Assembly: GCA_963728755.1 (NCBI GenBank)
Contig: CAVSLI010000001.1
Coordinates: 93,524-157,523 of the forward strand
Direction of reading: 5' to 3'
Length of the DNA stretch: 64,000 bases
From: an uncultured Solirubrobacterales bacterium
GTDB taxonomy: Bacteria; Actinomycetota; Thermoleophilia; Solirubrobacterales; 70-9
A program made the translations under genes and the position numbers. Each line of letters starts with the position of its first letter. The stretch's first letter is position 1. Under the pieces are notes generated by a model, which did not search any database, had not been told where the DNA came from, and saw only the letters and a list, made by a program, of their open reading frames with translations. Shown here piece by piece: positions 61,267 to 64,000 of the stretch.

Positions 61267-62720
61267 CTACGACCGCGCGAGCTCGCGCAGCTCCGTGAGC
61301 GAGTCGCGATGCCCTCCGAGCAGCACCTCGAGGTCGCGGACAGGAGTCGCGGTCGGCGTTGAGGCAGAAGAAAAGCTTGCCGTCGTAGCTGAAGACGGCC
61401 AGGCCGACGGCGTGCTCGGCCGCGATCGGCACGAGCGGCCAGATCTCCTCGACCTTGGAGCCGAAGTAGTAGAGCGGGATCTGGGGTCCGGGGACGTTGG
61501 TGATGGTGACGTTGAAGAGCCGCGTGGCGAACAACGAGCGGGCCACGAAGCTGTGCAGCACGGGCGGCATGTGACCGGCGAGATCGATCATGGTCGTGGA
61601 GCCCTCCGCCTGGGTGCCCGGCCTTGAGCGTCTCGGCCTCCTCCAGCTGGAGCTCGTAGCGATGCGCGGGATCCTCAGCGGCGACCGGCAGGTGCACGAA
61701 CAGCGAGGAGATCCGGTTGCCCATCGCCAGGCGCTCGCCGGCGGTCCGAACGTTCATCGGCACCATCGCGCGCAGGCCCTGCGGCCGGAAGCTCCTCGCC
61801 GCGTTGCTGGAGCAGGCGTCGCAGACCTCCGGCCGAAGCGGCCAGCACGACGTCGTTGACGGTCCCTCCGAGCGAGCGCTTGATCGCGCGGAGGTCGTCG
61901 AGATCGACGGTCGAGCACGGCGAGCCGGCGCTTCGCGCCGATCGGCTCATTGAGGCTGGACTTCGGCGCCGAAATCAGCTCGTCGCGGACGATCAGCTCG
62001 GCCAGCGCCCGGGACGCCGAAGCGCCTCGCGCGCCCGGTCGGGGTGGGCGACTACCCCGGCCGCGGATTCGGCTGCCCGCAGCCCGGCCTGCGCCGCGCT
62101 CACCGCGGCGTGCCCCATCGCCAAGGCGGGCTTGGCGATGCGCGCCAGCGGACGCGAGCCGCCTGCCGCCATCGGCCGGCTCCGTGCGGCGCGGGTGTGG
62201 CACTCTCGCTCGCCGCCGGCCGCAGACTGGGCTCCGCCTGGGTGTCGAGCAGCGTCTGCGCCATGTCCACCGAGCCGACCCCGTCGATCATGCAGTGGTG
62301 GGTCTTTGTCACCAGGGCCCAGCGGCCGTCCGCCAGCTGAACGACCGCGATCTCCCAGAGCGGCTTGGTGCGGTCGAGTCGCTGCGAGTAGTACTCGCCC
62401 GCCCATTCGCGAAGCTCATCGAGGCCCCCCGGCGCGGGCAGGCCCGCGGCGAAGACGTGGCGGTCGACGTGGAAGTCGGGATCCTGCTCCCAGCTCGGCC
62501 AGTGCAGGCCGCCGGTCCGAGGGGACGAGAGTCGCTGGAGGTAGCGGGGCAGATCGGGTAGCCGGGCGGTCACGTCCTCGCGGATCCGCTCGATGGGGGG
62601 TCCGCCGCCCTCGGGCTGGCGCTCGAGCACGATCACGCCGCCGATGTGCATGTGGGCGGACTGGTCGGCCTCCTCGAGCTCGAGGAAGGTCGCATCGAGG
62701 GCCGTCAGTTGTTCAGCCAC
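61267..62720 (-). pseudogene. Wax ester synthase/diacylglycerol acyltransferase (WS/DGAT); at least 5 frame breaks
   Basis: MAEQLTALDATFLELEE...TKPLWEIAVVQLADGRWALVTKTHHCMIDGVGS (HHxxxDG active site) in track ORF 62100..62720. Later blocks (LNEPIGAKRRLAV, GGTVNDVVLAA, NVRTAGERLAMGNRISSLFVHLP, LFNVTITNVPGPQIPLYYFGSKVEEIWPLVPIA, GKLFFCLNADRDS) are in shifting frames. The plausible end VPDLEVLLGGHRDSLTELRELARS-stop is at 61267. Confidence 0.78.
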
Positions 62721-62798
62721 GCCGAACCCATCCTAGACCCGACCGATCGAAGCCCCCAGTCGGAGCCACTGACTATGAGTAGGCTGCGAGCGAGCAGC

Positions 62799-64000
62799 AT
62801 GACGCACACCTGGGCAAGCCGCCTCCGCCGTCGCCGAGCACTTCGTTTACGGCTTCGATGAGGGATCCGCGCAGATGCGCGACCTGTTGGGCAACAAGGG
62901 GGCGAACCTCGCGGAGATGACGAGCGTTCTGGGCGCCGAGACGGTCCCCGGCGGCTTCACGATCGCGACGACCGCCTGCGTCGAATACATGCGGACGGGC
63001 GAGTTTCCGGCCGGGCTCGACGATGAGATCGATGCCGCCCTGGAGCGGCTGGAGCGAGACGCGGGCAAGGGCTTCGGGGCGGTTGACGACCCGCTCTTGC
63101 TCTCGGTTCGATCGGGCGCGCCGGTCTCGATGCCCGGGATGCTCGACACCATCCTCAACCTGGGGCTGAACGGGTCCTCCGTCGAAGGGCTCGCCGACGT
63201 CAGCGGGGACGCGCGCTTCGCCTGGGACTCATACAGGCGGCTCGTCCAGATGTTCGGGGAGGTGGTCCGCGGTCTGCCCTCCGATGGCTACCAGGACGCG
63301 ATCACCGCCGCCCGCCGGTCTGAGGGCGTCGCCGATGACAGCGAGCTCAGCGAGCAGGCCCTCAGGGGTCTGACCGAGAACTTCCTCCGGCTGTTCTCGA
63401 AGCACACCGGGGAGGACTTCCCCAGCGATCCTCGCGAGCAGCTGCGAGCAGGCCGTGGGGGCGGTCTTCCGATCCTGGAACAACGACCGGGCCATCACCT
63501 ACCGGAGGCTCAACGGGATCCCCGATGAGCTGGGCACAGCGGTCACCGTGCAGCGGATGGTGTTCGGCAACCGGGGGGGCGAATCCGGCTCGGGCGTCGC
63601 CTTCAGCCGCGATCCGACCACCGGGGCTCCGGAGCCCGAGGGGGACTTCCTGCTCAGCGCGCAGGGCGAGGACGTGGTCGCTGGGGTGAGGAACACCGAG
63701 AACCTGGCCGACCTCGCGAGGCGGATGCCCGAGGTCCACACGCAGCTGATCGAGCACATGGCCAAGCTGGAGCGTCACTACCGCGACATGCAGGACGTCG
63801 AGTACACGGTCGAGGACGGGCGGCTCTACATCCTGCAGACTCGCAACGCGAAGCGGCCCGCGCAGGCCGGGGTCCGGTTCGCGCACGACGCGGTAAGCGA
63901 GGGGATGATGAACCCGAAGGAGGCACTGCAGACGATCGACGCGGGGTCGCTCGAGGCGCTCCTTCACCCCACCTTCCAGCCCGACGCCAAGTTCGAGGAG
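62799..64000 (+). pseudogene. ppdK: Pyruvate, phosphate dikinase, N-terminal about 400 codons (3' end outside window); frame breaks near 62820 and 63450
   Basis: ATG at 62799 (MTHTWAS) is one frame off from ...AVAEHFVYGFDEGSAQMRDLLGNKGANLAEM...GMLDTILNLGLN (track ORF 62875..63528). After REQLRA the sequence continues in another frame: AVGAVFRSWNNDRAITYRRLNGIP...VTVQRMVFGN...DVEYTVEDGRLYILQTRNAKR to the window end. Confidence 0.85.

Noticed and set aside
1-64000. Mobile elements, prophage, integrative island at tRNA-Val, toxin-antitoxin or defence systems
   Set aside because: No transposase, integrase, recombinase, phage structural or nuclease/ATPase defence-type ORFs were recognised. tRNA-Val is followed directly by an ordinary ECF sigma/anti-sigma pair, with no direct repeat of the tRNA 3' end seen. 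No compositionally distinct block larger than short promoter-size AT-rich patches was seen.

Overview
Very GC-rich chromosomal segment (about 70% G+C by eye, strong G/C bias at codon position 3) with an Actinomycetota-type gene set. I found no transposase, integrase, CRISPR array, prophage or defence island. Left to right: 5'-truncated STAND/AAA signalling ATPase; cNMP-binding protein; TetR + AidB-like acyl-CoA dehydrogenase; DUF2277; M28 peptidase; site-2 protease; a non-classical succinate dehydrogenase operon (sdhA, sdhB, CCG-domain subunit); SHOCT membrane protein; Na+/H+ antiporter; ask-asd; PadR + MMPL; recR-ybaB-dnaX-ffs (SRP RNA); GT1 glycosyltransferase; YCII + ECF-like sigma; TetR; pdxH; second MMPL; tRNA-Val(CAC); ECF sigma/anti-sigma; TreT-like GT4; AlgH; GST-like; Zn-ADH; SDR-nicotinamidase-ATP DNA ligase; PfkB kinase; PAS hybrid kinase; MFS::cNMP fusion; ZIP transporter; a group-3b-type [NiFe] hydrogenase operon with an embedded cNMP-like subunit, maturation protease, hypA remnant and ferredoxin; an OmpR/HK pair; ApbE + ferric-reductase-like membrane protein + small Ser/Gly/Tyr-repeat membrane protein; Pat-type GNAT/ADP-forming acyl-CoA synthetase; tandem USP; WS/DGAT followed by a 2-oxoacid:ferredoxin oxidoreductase (gamma, alpha, beta) and a GltD-like/ferredoxin fusion; 5' part of ppdK. 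The dominant technical signal is roughly 50-60 small frame breaks (my count from the ORF track). They interrupt otherwise well conserved genes and are strongly clustered at about 12.3-14.6 kb, 31.6-33.1 kb and 56.6-63.5 kb. At least one is resolved by adjusting a homopolymer length. Such genes are listed as 'pseudogene' as the sequence stands, but consensus error is at least as likely as real decay. I did not find an unambiguous brand-new system. The best candidates for follow-up are: (i) the OFOR operon whose delta subunit is replaced by a PorD-split GltD-like NAD(P)H flavoprotein; (ii) the hydrogenase operon with a degenerate cNMP-like subunit inside a cNMP-rich neighbourhood; (iii) the ApbE/ferric-reductase cluster whose third gene has a 21-bp-repeat S/G/Y tail instead of an FMN-binding domain.
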